Source: Octopus sinensis (lineage: Eukaryota). From it: a stretch of DNA of 64,000 nucleotides. Shown in pieces: positions 47,911-61,074 of the stretch. The translations under genes and the position numbers were made by a program. The notes under the pieces are model-generated. The model made no database searches. It saw nothing but the letters and a program-made list of their open reading frames with translations, and was not told the origin of the DNA. Every line of letters starts with the position of its first letter. Positions within the stretch are counted from its first letter, which is position 1. The stretch lies in assembly GCF_006345805.1 (NCBI RefSeq), contig NC_042999.1:149544001-149608000 (forward strand), read 5' to 3'.

Positions 47911-48816
47911 ACAGCACAATACATGTAACTATGTATGGATATATGAAAAAATACAAAATTGCAGGAAAAATAACATCGTTATGGGAATTTCCATTCAAAC
48001 ACCCAATTGAGCTAAAAAAAAAATCGATACTAACTGATCATTATCGAATTTTCGAAAAATTCCGGCCTTCTTCAAGGCATGTGATCTATCTGTGGGCCAA
48101 AAATCATTAAAATCAGTTGGACGGTGTGGGAGGAGTTAAAGTAACCCCAAACACACAAACAGACATCATTACACATTTACGTATATAGATATTTGTATAT
48201 ATACGTATATATATATATTTGTATATACATACATACATATATATACATACATACATACATATATATACATATATATATATATATATACATGTATGTATGT
48301 ATGTATGTATGTACGTATGTATGTATATATATTTGCATATACATATATATTTGTATAAACAAGGCTTTCTGAATTTAACTATTTTACAGATATATCCAAT
48401 CAAAATTGCCCTTATCTTCGGAATGCAGTTTTATAAAACAATCTGTCTTTTGTTGGGAGTAGCTTGTTTAACACTTTCTTTTTCTGTTTTTCTGGTTTTT
48501 TTATGAGATATGTCAAGTTTATTGAGACAAAGTTACTTACAGAAACTACCAATTCCATTTTTGGGTGGATACTTAATATCCTTATTGAATTAACCATGAA
48601 ATTTAATTTCGCAGTCAAAGAGTTAAGGCATTCATAAATATTTATAATGAACTACAGTAAAGATAAATTAACCTTTTTCAACCTATTGCTTGTAAAAAAA
48701 GAAAAAGAAAAAGGATCGCAGCAGACGTATATTAACCTTTAGCACACAGTAGAAGCATCATGTCACCGTATCAGTTTTCTCCTCTATACTAACAGGGCAG
48801 CGACAGGGGACACAAT

Positions 48817-48879
48817 TCTGAGTCTACTGGTATTTAACCTTTAGCATAGTGCTAAAGGTTAAATACCAATAGACTCAGA
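48817..48879. repeat. 63-bp hairpin (30-bp arms, 1 mismatch, 3-nt loop)
   Basis: TCTGAGTCTACTGGTATTTAACCTTTAGCA-TAG-TGCTAAAGGTTAAATACCAATAGACTCAGA. Confidence 0.9.
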
Positions 48880-49744
48880 GCAATATAGAGTGTTTACTTC
48901 ATGCATCCCGAAACATATGAGAATCAATATTCCAGTAACCTACCTAAAAGAATAGAAATCATCGTGTCAATAAAAACGAAAGGAGCTAAAAGGTATTTTG
49001 AATGAAATATATAATCCACTTATTCATTGAAAACGAAATAGAACGAGTTGTGACAATTGACATCGATAGTTTAAAAACTGTAAAAACCAAAACAGAAGGA
49101 AATAATTTGTCTCCTATTTACATAACAATACATAACCCTAAAGAATACTGAAGTCTTAATATAGTTAATCCAAATCTATCACTTCTAAGATGCAATCTAA
49201 AAATCAAAAGAATTTTAGAAATCATAAGAAAATTAAGAGCAGAAAACGACGAAAACACTAAGGAATATATTAAGAAATGCCCGGTTATCAAGTATTTTTA
49301 TATGAAACATGACAGTCAAAAAATTGCAGAAGATCAGCTTGTGGAATTTGTATTAATATATCTGGACGTTCGGAATTTGTTTTAAATAAATCAACGAAAT
49401 TTCAATTGCTAAAACAACAACAACAACACCATCAATGCTAATAATAGGAACACAAAGGGGATAGCTATTCATGTGGTAATTGGTGTACTTAGCACACCAC
49501 TCAAACTGTTACTTAAGAGGCTGAGGGATATTGGAAATGAGACACATGTCAATCTGCAGAAAAGTCTTACCTTATATTCTGTAAGAATCCAAAGATTCAG
49601 GAGATTTGAAGAGATTTGTCACCAAACCCCGAAATAATATCCCTACTAACTAGTGTAGCATTTAATAGCTTCAATAATGACAACGACGACGATGACGATG
49701 ATGATGATGATGATAATAATGGTGGTGGTGGTGTTTCAAATTTT

Positions 49745-52509
49745 GTCAAAAAGCCAGTAATTTGTTAACACTTGGGGCAGAGAAGATTATATTTAAAGTG
49801 ACTGGGCAGAGACTAGTATACCAAACTAATGCTATGAGAAGAAAGCGGATGACAGAATTGTAGGTGGAAGAGATTACAAGCAGAAAAGAAAAACCAGGCA
49901 GTAGAAAAGCCAAACAACAGCATATGAAATACAACTCAAACTAAAGGAACCTAAAGGAAAAGATAATAACAGCACTACCAATCAAGAAGGAACAACTGGC
50001 ACCAGCGACTTAAGCGATTTAAGTGAGGACGGTCAGAAGATTTTAGATGAGTTGCAGGAAGTGATGTACAAAGAAGAAAAAGATTGCCAACAATAAAAGG
50101 TACCAACAGAAGGAAGCTGCTAGATATGACAAGGAAAGTAGACTCTACTATCAGTATGATAGATATTAAAATATAGGAGACACTAACTTATTGATTTCTG
50201 CAGAATGGGCAGTAGTTACTAGAAGATTAGGTATTCCCCAAGGAAAGATTAGAAAAGAGCAAATGTGAAAAAGGAGATTACAAAATAAAGTGAAGACGTT
50301 TAGACAAGCTCTGAGAAGAATAGAAGTCTGTAAACTGAACAAGTTAGGAAACACAAGATTTAAACCTTCTCTTGAGAAAAGATACTTAGTCAAAGAAAAA
50401 GGATTTGGGACAGTAATAGAAGTGTTGAAACGGTGTATCATAGCAGTGTAAGCTTTCAAGATACCAGAAAAGAATAGATCAGTATCAACAAAACAGATTA
50501 TTTGAGATAGATCAGAGGAGTTTTATAGCCAAATAAATAGTGGAGAATAAAGTACTGAAGAGGAGAAACCTAATGCAGAAAAAGCTAGAAAATTTGGGAC
50601 AAGTCAGTCAATCATAATGGAGATGCATTATGATTAGAGAAAGTGAGGGAAGATGTAGTGAGTGAGAAGCAGCCAGATCTAAGACTAACTAGTGCATTAA
50701 TGAGTAAAGTGTTAGAAGAAATACCCGAAATGGAAGGGCCCAGGACCAGATTTAGTTCAAGGTTATGGCTAAAGAAATTTAATAGCTTACATAGGGCGCT
50801 AGGGGAACAACTTCAGGATTGCCTTAATGGAGGAGTAATACTAGATTGGATGACTAAAGGGGAGAACAGTACTTTTTATGAAAGACAAAAGCAAGGGTAA
50901 TATAGCAAGCAATTATAGACCAATCGCTTGCCATTAGTGTGGAAGCTGTTAACAGGAATGCTCTAAGAAAGCATTTACAAGCATCTTGACAGTCAGAATT
51001 TGCTGCCAGAAGAATAGAAAGGTTGCAGGAAGAAGATTAGAGGAACGCATGTTCTATTATACAAAAAGAAAGCAATTCTAAATGAAGTAAATTCTAGAAA
51101 GGAAAATTTAACAATAGCATGGATAGATTATAAGAAAGCCTATGACATGATCCCACACTCATGGATAAGTGAATGTTTGAATATAATCAGTATAGTAGAC
51201 AACATAAGTGGAAAGTAAATCTCTACTCAGGTGACATAGCCTTATGGAAAGTTAATATCAAGAGAGAAATTTTCCAAGGCAACTCGTATTCCCATTTAAC
51301 ATTTGTCTTACGTTTAATCCTCCTCAGTTTAGTGTTAAGGGAGGCAAATACAGGGTGTCAGTTCAGAAATAAAAAGGAAAAATTAACCATTTGCTATACA
51401 TGGATGATCTGAAGCTTTTTAGTAAGAATGAAAAAGAGTTAGATTCCTTAATACACACTGTAAGACACAAAGACACTGTAAGACAGCAAAGATATAGGTA
51501 TGGAATTTGGCATAAATATGTGTGCCATATTAGTCATGAAAAAGGAATAGGTTGTCAACAGTGAAAGTATCCAACTACCAGATGGTCAGACATAAAAATA
51601 ACTGAAATAAGGAGAGCTATAAGTATCTAAGAGTACTAGAATCTGAGAGAGTATTAACTATAGAAATGAAAACGAAACGTGAGGGCATCAGAAGGATTAG
51701 GAAGCTAATAAAGTCAAAACTAAATGGTCCGAATGTAGTGAAGGCTGTAGATACTTAGGTAGTAGCAGCTTTCTTAGATTGGACCAAATCTGAATTAGCA
51801 AATCTAGGCAGAAGAGCTAGGTAGGAATTCAATATGAATGGAGTACTTCACCCAAGATCAGGAGTAGCAAGATTATGCTTATCTAGAAAGGAAAGTGAAA
51901 AAGAGTTATTATCAATAGAAGACTACATAGAGTTAACTAGAGTAGATAAAGCCTCCTATGTAGGTAATAGTGAAGAAAGTTTATTAACGGCTGCTAGAAT
52001 CACAGTAGACGTAAGGAAGCTAAAAAGCCAAATGAAGTTAAAAAAAAACAAAGAAAAAGAAAGATTATCTCACTGGCAAGAGAAGGCTTTGCATGTTAGA
52101 TTCCCAAGGATAATTTCAGGAAATAGTAATTGCGAGACATGGTTATAGTTGCAGAAAGAGAGGCTGAAAGGGGAGACAGAAAGTTTATTAGTAGCAGCAC
52201 AAGATCAAGCATTGTGGACTAATTGGATAAACTCCAAGATAGTAAAAAAATGAGAGATTCCCAATGTAGGTTACGTAAATCAAAAGAGGTAAGTGTTACT
52301 CATTAGTGAGTGAATGTAGCATGCTGGCACAGAAAGAATACAAAAAAAAAAGACATGACAGCCCAGGGAGAAAAATCCACTGGGAGTTATGTAGAAAAGC
52401 AAGGATTTGACCATAATGATAAATGATATGAACATGAACCTAATAAAGTACTAGAAAGTAAGAAATAACATTCAGACTGAGACAGTAATAGAAGCTAGGA
52501 GGTCTGATT

Positions 52510-52542
<33 letters not shown>

Positions 52543-52830
52543 ACAATGAGAATAAAAAGTGCCAGATGATTGACTTTACAGTCCCAAATGATGAAAAAGT
52601 CAATATGAGAGGTATAGAGAAAATAGCAAAGTACCAGTACCTAGCTATTGGGTTGTAGAGACTATGGAAAGTGCGGGTAAAATGTATCCTAGTATAGGTG
52701 CATTAGGAACTAGCCCTAAAAATTTGAACAGATGGATAGAGGAAATAGGCATAAAACCTAGCTTAGTACAACTCCAGAAAACAGTGTTATTAGGGACAGC
52801 TAGAATACTTAGGAGAGTTCTTTGCATCTA
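49745..52830 (+). mobile_element. R4/Dong-clade LINE, longest copy (about 3.1 kb, degenerate): RT, zinc knuckle, restriction-like endonuclease
   Basis: NYRPIAC, AWIDYKKAYDMIPHSWI, IFQGNS, YMDDLKLF (51397-51420), AAQDQAL, EARRSDLVVVD, MIDFTVP, LQKTVLLGTARILRRVL. Confidence 0.92.
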
Positions 52831-53054
52831 AGGTTACTTGTAGCCTGATATTAGGATTTTTTGTCTTTCCCAGGAGTCTAAACTGTTGTGCGTATATGAA
52901 ATAATAAGTACCATCCTATATTCTGCAATAATCTCGAGAAAGATTCTTGAGATTTGAGGAGACTTGTTATCACTAAACCTTAAGATAATATTCCTGCTGA
53001 TTAAAATGGCATGCACTAGCGTCAAATAACAACAACAGAAACAACAACAAGGGA

Positions 53055-53272
53055 AGAACTATGATGAACTGAAGTGAGATGTACCCAGGTTGTGGGCAAT
53101 GAAGAGAGTAGACGTGAAACCAATTGTAATTGGTGCGCCTGAAATTATCAGAACCCAACTACCAACATGGTTCGAAAAGACTAGAACAAATGTAACGATG
53201 GAACATCTACAAAATCCTCATTACTTGGAATTGCAAGAGTTCTCCGCGTGGTTCTTGAAGCATAAACAGTAA
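53055..53272 (+). mobile_element. R4/Dong 3' terminus, second subfamily
   Basis: RLWAMKRVDVKPIVIGA..EHLQ..LLGIARVLR. Confidence 0.8.
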
Positions 53273-53299
53273 ACAATTGTCACCTTAGTCTGCTGGCTA

Positions 53300-54480
53300 T
53301 GAGCAACTGATACTTTCCATCATACCAAGCAAAATAAGCAGTAGGGAGTACACTTGGAGAGTAAGACAATTGTTGCAGTCAAAACTGAATTCACAAAATC
53401 TTATTGAAACAAGAAATTCAAGAACAGTACCCTTAATCAGATATGGAGCAAAAACGATATAAAGCAACTTGACAGAAAAACTAGAAAGTTGTTGATAATG
53501 TATGGAGCCCACCATCTGAAAGCAAATATCAACCGGCTGTACATGCGGAGAGACCAATGTGGAAGAGAATTAATAGCAGTAGAAGAATGTGTACAAGGGG
53601 AAAGAAAAGACTTTGTAGAGTTTACGGAGCAGCATAGGAAAACTACTAAAGACAGTGTATAAAGAACAAGTGATCAAGCGCATAATACGAGAAAAGGACA
53701 AGAATGAAATACAAAGAGAAAAGTCAGACAGATTGAAGAGAAACCTCTGCATGGCCAATTTTGGAGAGCCACAGAAGACGTATGTGGAACAAAACCTTGG
53801 GCTTGGTTAAAAAAGGGGCAATTAAAAAAAGAAACAGAGAATCTAATTGTAGCAGCCCAAGTTCAAGCGATAAAAACAAACAACTTGAGAAAAATATATA
53901 TGGAGATAATGTGTCAGAAAAATGTAGAGCTGTGGAACTTAGAACGAAACAGTAGCATACATTGTAGCAGAATGCCCCAAGTAGGCACAGGAAGACTATA
54001 AGAAATGGAGGCACGACCAGGTTGTAAAAGTTTTACACTGGAAACTGTGCTAGAAATGAAAATTTTAAGCTGGAAACACATGGTATAATCACCGTATCGA
54101 AAGAGTGCTGGAGTCGGAGAAATGTAAGATGCTGTGGGACTTTCCTATTCAAACGGGCAAGAAGTTAGAAAACAGACCGGATATAACAATTATAGATAAG
54201 GAAAAGCGAAGCTACTTATTTATTGACCCATTATGCCTGTTTGATTCCAGGATCGTAAAGAAAGAGGACGAAAAAAATACAATCCCTTAAAATTTGAAAT
54301 AGGAAGAATTTGAAGCATGAGAGCAATAAAGGTCGTGCCTATAATTGGTGCGTTGGGAGCAGTAAGCAATGATATAGAGAAATGGCTGAAGATTCGAGTA
54401 GAATGCCGGTAGAGCTCCTACAGAAAGTTTGTCTCTTAGGAACAACAAAGATTATCAGGAGAGTTCAAAGCATTTGAAAG
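53300..54480 (+). mobile_element. R4/Dong 3' portion, third subfamily
   Basis: QSKLNSQNLIE, PLHGQF, HDQVVKVLHWKLC, MLWDFPIQT..NRPDITIIDK, IGALG..LLQKVCLLGT. Confidence 0.88.
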
Positions 54481-54679
54481 ACAGCTAAAAACTTTTGGAT
54501 ACCTACATATATCCAACCAGGAATAAGACCAAACCTGAGTCAAGCCAAAATATAAATAATAACGTCGTAACATGTTGGAGATGTGAAAAGTCTTACTGGT
54601 GTCTCTTAAAAGAAAAGGGATAATGATTCATTGATTACTACCGGATCTCTACTTCACAATGTGAAGATGATGCCATCGA

Positions 54680-56985
54680 TTTTACTCAGACCATAACATA
54701 CTAGAAATAACAAAGAATAGTACAAAGAAAATCGAAAGTGTATACCATACATGAAGCAATCAAACCCTATCCAATCTGAACTTCTACGAAGTTGACAGTA
54801 AATCTGTTCAGAGAGAGATTCTGAAACAAAACTGATCCAAAAGCCTCTTTGTGCAAGACAATAACATGAAGTTAAAGAAATTGTTAATAATATAAGCTAC
54901 ATGTATTAAATTTGTTCCATAGAGAAAACTAATACATGTAAAAACATTATTCCTAGGGACAGGAAGGGCCTCACGAGACAAAATATAAACATTTCAAATC
55001 GCTTAAATAAACAACTTAATGGCAACCAGGAGTCCCGTTTATGAAAAGCTCCCTTTTTAACATAGTCTCTTCCATGAAAAGACGAAGGGAGAAAGAGAAA
55101 CCAAGACAGCTTAAAATATAAAAACAAAACCTAAGACCTTCTGCGAATGTACAAGAAATCCACCTTGGTGTGTCACAAGATGGTGTCACAATTCGAAGAA
55201 AATTGTACTGGGACTGCAGAACTTAACAAAATAAAAGAAATACTAAATAAACAATTCTAAAGTGTTTTCATTTCTCGTTGTGAGATGTACAGATAAATAA
55301 CCCTAATGAGTTCTTCAAAATCACAGATCTAGACCGGGAGGCAACCACCGATACATCAGACAAATGAGGAGGAAGTCGTAATAATGGTTTCAAACTGTGG
55401 TACAAGGTCAGCAAGTTCGAAGGCGGGTTAAGTCGATTAATCGACCCCAACACTTGATTGCTACTTATTTTATCGATCCTGAAAGTTTAAAAGGCGAAGA
55501 CGATCTCTGCAGAATTTCAAATCAGAACATAACAGACGAAATGTCACTAAGCATTTATCCCGGTTTGCCAACGATTCTGCCAGCTCGCCACCATTAGGAG
55601 ATTGTAATATTGGCTTTAAATTTTGGCACAAGGCCAGCAGCTTCGGGGAAGGGGTTAAGTCGATTACATCAACCTTAGTGCTCAACTGGTTCTTATTTTG
55701 TCGACCCCAGAAAGGATGAAGGGGTAAAGTTGACCTCAGTAGAATTTGAACTCAGAACGTAAGGACGGACGAAATGACGCTAAGCATTTTGTCCGGTGTG
55801 CTAACGATTCTGCCAGCTCGTCGCCTTAGAAGAGGTTGTAATATTGGCCATTGATGTGATGAGTTTGAACTCAGCAATAAGCTTTGATGTTTTTCCAATT
55901 ATTCCTTTAAAGAAATGCAAGAAGACTAACAAAACCACTGCAGATACTTTTCCAAGGTATTCTTCGATGTAGTAAATTTCTCGAAAAGTTAAAAGAAAGT
56001 TCAATATGCCCTATCTATAAAGAAGGAAGCAGAGCAGATGTTAAAACTTAAAGGTTTATCTCTTCGACCTCACACATCAGCAAAATAATGGAACGCATTA
56101 TCAGAAGGAAAATGATTACGTTGGTAGATGAAAATGGATGAAAATGAAATGAATCAGGAGGAGGTAGTGAGGTTATAGGGCCTTGCTTCGGTTGAGATTA
56201 AACATGATAAATTTTGTCCTATTGTACGCTATACAGCTTCCATCCAGGAAGGTATTGCCTCACACAGCTGCATGATACTGAAACAAGAAGTCAATCATTT
56301 AAAATAGGATGTGATGTATCTCGATTTTGCATAGGCCTCCGATAAAGTTGATCGTAATATGCCAGAAACTTCGTGACCTTAGTAGAGTAAGAAAACTTGG
56401 AAAGTTGATGCATAACTTTTTAAAAGGTAGAAAGATAAGAATCAGGTAGTCGCAGCAAACAGTGCTCTCTTCAAGAAGATATCAATTCCAAGTAGAGTCC
56501 ATCTGGGAACTCTACTGAGATCATTATTGTTTGTGATGACTCTCGCAGAGATGGCTTCAGTCACGCAGTTAGCAGTTAGCCACTCTCACCAGCTATGTTG
56601 ATATTACAAGAGTGACACAGACCGACAAGAACTTTTATCCTAACGCAAATCAACAGAAAAACATGAAGGCAATATAAACGTGAACTGAAGAAAACAACGC
56701 GTAGTTCAGATCTGAAATTCCAAGCGCCTCATTATCAGTTCACACAGAGATTGCAATCAGAGTATACTGGGCCAGGGAGTATTGCAATCAGAGACACGAG
56801 CAGCGCATGATCTGGGAACCCGTGAGTAATGATGCATCATTCTGCATGCGTAATATTAAGATAAAAACAATATGCAGGCGGTTGGCTGGTTGGAATCTGA
56901 GAACTTTCAGAACAAGAACAAAGGAAGCCATATTGATTCTGCAGAGAACATTTGTTCTTTGCCGCCTGGACAGCGTTTTCTCTTA
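54680..56985 (+). mobile_element. Old CR1-group LINE remnant interrupted by two SINE B copies (minus, 55385-55830)
   Basis: NIIPRDRK..ISNRLN, KPKTF, PLQILFQ, DVMYLDFA, IKTICRRLAGWNLRTFRTR. Confidence 0.75.
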
Positions 56986-57029
56986 CTTTTTAATTATAAG
57001 TCGCCACATAACGTTTGATTGTGTAATAT

Positions 57030-57120
57030 GATTGTGTAACACGTATAAATATATTGTGTAATACGTATAAATATATTGTGTAATACGTATAAATGTGATT
57101 GTGTAATACGTATAAATATA
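57030..57120. repeat. 22-bp minisatellite ATTGTGTAATACGTATAAATAT, about 4 copies
   Basis: Directly visible tandem units. Confidence 0.85.
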
Positions 57121-57174
57121 ATTTGTATATAAAATAGTGTATATTATATATATATATATATATACATACATATA

Positions 57175-57360
57175 TATTCGTTTCAGTCATTTGACTGCGG
57201 TCATGCTGGAGCACCACCTTGAAGGGTTTTAGTCGAACAAATCGGCCCATGAATTAATTTTTTTAAAGCCTAGTACTCTGCCGAACCGCTTTATCACGAG
57301 GACATAAGAACACCGACACCGGTTGTCAAGCGCTGATAAGAGGACAAAAAGACACAAAAT
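57175..57360 (-). mobile_element. SINE family A, 3' half
   Basis: TTTCAGTCATTTGACTGCGGTCATGCTGGAGCACC. Confidence 0.85.
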
Positions 57361-57420
<60 letters not shown>

Positions 57421-57424
57421 CGCC

Positions 57425-57612
57425 ATGATAGATCGTTAGCTACTACACACATTTTTTTTCCTCTCCTTGTTTCTTCTGTGTACCTTTCTGTAGAAGAGCG
57501 TAGGCTCGAAACGTAAAAGACTTTTTCTATTCCTGAACGCTATACTAATACACCTGTTTGTTTGTACACCACCTGTCTTCGTCTTTTGTTTATTTTCGTA
57601 AACTTACCCTTT
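57425..57612 (+). repeat. TA-flanked short repeat, probable PLE terminal repeat, with a variant minimal hammerhead
   Basis: CTTT-CTGTAGA-A-GAGC(GTAG)GCTC-GAAA-CG-TA-AAAG at 57484-57519; homologues at 13503-13665 and 10610-10690. Confidence 0.7.
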
Positions 57613-57640
57613 ATATATATATATATATATATAATATATA

Positions 57641-57675
<35 letters not shown>

Positions 57676-57679
<4 letters not shown>

Positions 57680-58151
57680 TAATACTAAGCAATAAGGGTT
57701 TAGCAACGAGTTGCCTTACCACATACCGAATTTAGAAATAGCAGTCAAAGGGTTATAGCTATTTCTTCTACTAAAAAGGGAGATCTCAGTAAAAACAGCA
57801 TTTGGAAGGCAGACACAAACAGGTAAGAGAGAATGAATTGACTGCAATCTATCATACATTTTTTTAGTTATCCACGGACGTACGTTTCGAATCAAGTTTC
57901 GAAATCAAGTTTTTAAAACTTGATTTTAAAACTTGATTTCGAAACGTACGTCCGTGGATAACTAAAAAAATGTATGATAGATTGCAGTCAATTCATTCTC
58001 TCTTACCTGTTTGTGTCTGCCTTCCAAATGCTGTTTTTACTGAGATCTCCCTTTTTAGTAGAAGAATAGCTATAACCCTTTGACTGCTATTTCTAAATTC
58101 GGTATGTGTAAGGCAACTCGTTGCTAAACCCTTATTGCTTAGTATTACTTA
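57676..58151. repeat. Near-perfect 476-bp palindrome (fold-back)
   Basis: Arms 57676-57891 and 57938-58151 differ by about two 1-nt indels; the 46-nt centre is built from AATCAAGTT / AAAACTTGATT units. Confidence 0.95.
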
Positions 58152-58237
58152 AATTCCTCGAATGGGCTTTTACATGCCGAAGACTACTTGGTGTAATTGA
58201 TAATTTTTCCAAATTAATTAATTTCACCCTTCATTAT

Positions 58238-58270
<33 letters not shown>

Positions 58271-58489
58271 AGGTTAGCTGAGTTAGAGGTTAAAATAACC
58301 GTCTAAGAGATAGAAGTATCCATTACACTACTGGTATATAACCTATGTTTAACCATGAGCACTCATATGCAAGTATATTATGCTCATAAATTATAGGTAA
58401 GTATTAAATTAATAAATAATAATTGATGTAAGTCAATTGTTGTTCATCAATATTTCTCCATTTTCTGCTTTCTTTAAATATATATATAT

Positions 58490-58507
58490 ATTAATATAAT
58501 ACATATG

Positions 58508-58606
<99 letters not shown>

Positions 58607-58620
58607 ATAATGTATGTATA

Positions 58621-58669
<49 letters not shown>

Positions 58670-58687
58670 ATACTATATATACATATG

Positions 58688-58732
<45 letters not shown>

Positions 58733-58733
58733 A

Positions 58734-58772
<39 letters not shown>

Positions 58773-58817
58773 ATATTCTATATATATATATATATAATAT
58801 ATATATTATATATATAC

Positions 58818-58873
<56 letters not shown>

Positions 58874-58874
58874 G

Positions 58875-58917
<43 letters not shown>

Positions 58918-58920
58918 ATA

Positions 58921-58970
<50 letters not shown>

Positions 58971-59030
58971 GTATGTATATATATATTATATACATACATA
59001 CATACATACATACATACAAACATACACACA
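58490..59030. repeat. Long (TA)n array
   Basis: Directly visible; it accounts for most of the spurious 307-aa ORF. Confidence 0.97.
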
Positions 59031-60960
59031 AGAAGTCAAGTTGTTTCTTGAAAACATCTACCCACGCTACATGGAGACCCCTCAGATATTTTAGCTGTGG
59101 GCCCTTGAATCCCAAGCTATTGCAATATCTGATGGGACAACTGGAACTTTTGGAACGGTGCAGTGACTTCCAATTCGAGGTCTGGTACAACTCCCAATTT
59201 CAAAGTTTGGTGCCAACCTCTCCAGTATCTTCCACGCATATATCACTGCATACCTCTCCCGTCTTCGCTCCAGGGAATAGACTCGCAGCTCTTTCAGTCT
59301 CTCCCTGTAGCTCAGCTGTTCCATTGATGCAATCCTCCTTGTGTAGCATCACCGAACCGCTTCAAGTTCCGCTATTAATCCGACACTGTAAGGTGACCAC
59401 GGTTGAGATGAGTAGTCCAGACAGCTGAGGTCAAATATCCTCCATAGGACCAGCATAGTTTCCTGGTCCCTTGCTCTGAAGGTTCTCAGAATCCATCCGG
59501 CCATTCGCCTGCACATTGCCTCCATCTTGGTGATATGCATGTGAAACGAGGCATCGTTGCTCATATCAATCCCAAGATCACGTACCATATGTGATTCTAG
59601 GATTTCCGCTCCTTTTGGTCCAAAGTATCGTTCTTACGAATTCTGAGCACCAGTTAGCTGATAGCAGAGGGCTTGGAATTTGCCTGCATTGAATTGCATG
59701 TTGTTTTCTTCAGCCCATTTATATATGGCATCTGGGTCTTTATGTAGAAGATTAGCATCAGAAAGTTCCTTGACTGCTTGTACTACTTCTTTGTGTCGTC
59801 GGCATAGCTAGTAAGTGTGGCTACCTGTGTAACTGATGGCGTGTCTGAAAGAGCCACCATGAACAGCAGCGGCCCCTGAGGCACACCACTTTCTATTACT
59901 GTCTCCTTGGAGAGGACTCCATTGGCTGCAACAACCTGGCTTCTGTCGTTTAAGAAGTCATGCAACTACTCTCCGATTTTCTCAGTTATGCCGAGTCTGC
60001 GCAGTTTTTGACGTATCATCACGTGATCAACCTTTTCAAAGGCCTTTGCAAAGTCGACATATCTCACATCCACGTTTGAGCGATTCTTTAATTGCTTCAA
60101 TACCCAGTCATAGTGCTGCAAAAGCTGTGTAAGGCAGCTTCTTCCTGAGCGAAAGCCATAGGAAGCAAGTCATTATCTTCAAGGAACGCAATTAGTTTCT
60201 TCCTGACAATGCGCTCCATGACTTTGCTGACATGGGAAGTTAGAGAGACAGGTGTATACTTTTTAGCATCTGCTCTATCTCTCTTATGAATAGGGCATAT
60301 CATGCCTTCCTTTAACTTTTTAGGAAGACTCCCAGTTGTGAAGAAGTTCCGGAAGAGAATCTGAAGGGGTCTTGCTAGAACCCCTTTGCATGTCTTTAGG
60401 AGAATTGCTGGGAATCCATCGTGCCTGTTGCTGAGTTTGAGCTCATTTCATCAATGGCTGATATCACATCAGTTTCCCCTATTCTAATACCATCAATAAT
60501 TGCCATTTCGTTGTGTAGAGCTGTGGAACCAAAAATCTCATCAGGAATAGCTACTTGCAAGTGTCCCAGTGGAGTGGGGAAAACATTGTTACATTGCACA
60601 TTCAGTATTTCACTGATCCTCTGGGGTTGTACAGTCGGCGAGCCATTTCTTTCAAATAGTACCCCTCTTTTGTACAGTACTGAAGCAGATTTTTTTGCAT
60701 ACCTATAGAAGGTTTTAGGGTTTAATATTTTTGACAGCCCTGGCTTCCTTTTCTGCCCTCTCTTTTTCATGGGTGTGTTTGAGTTCATTTTCGATCTCGA
60801 GCAATGTTTGTTTGAGATAGGATCGTTTGTTATTCTTTAGTGGCCCATTTAGACGATTTGAGAGTTTTGCTTGTCGTCCCATTAGAGTTCTCCGATCCCA
60901 GGGTGTTATATCTTTCTGTTGGCTTGGCATTCTCTCTAGAGCATATGTCATGCATTATTA
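59031..60960 (-). mobile_element. CR1-group LINE, degenerate (pre-RT region and RT), both ends truncated
   Basis: [83 protein letters not shown]. Confidence 0.92.
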
Positions 60961-61074
60961 TCATAAAGTGTTGTAGCATTATGTCAATATCTTGCGTAGA
61001 GGCTGGCTGAGACGTATAAATACTGACACAAACAGACACATACACGCGCGCGCGACACGCTTCCTTCATTTTCC

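Noticed and set aside
58505-59428. Longest ORF (307 aa)
   Set aside because: Translation of a (TA)n array (YI repeats) running into the antisense strand of a CR1-group LINE
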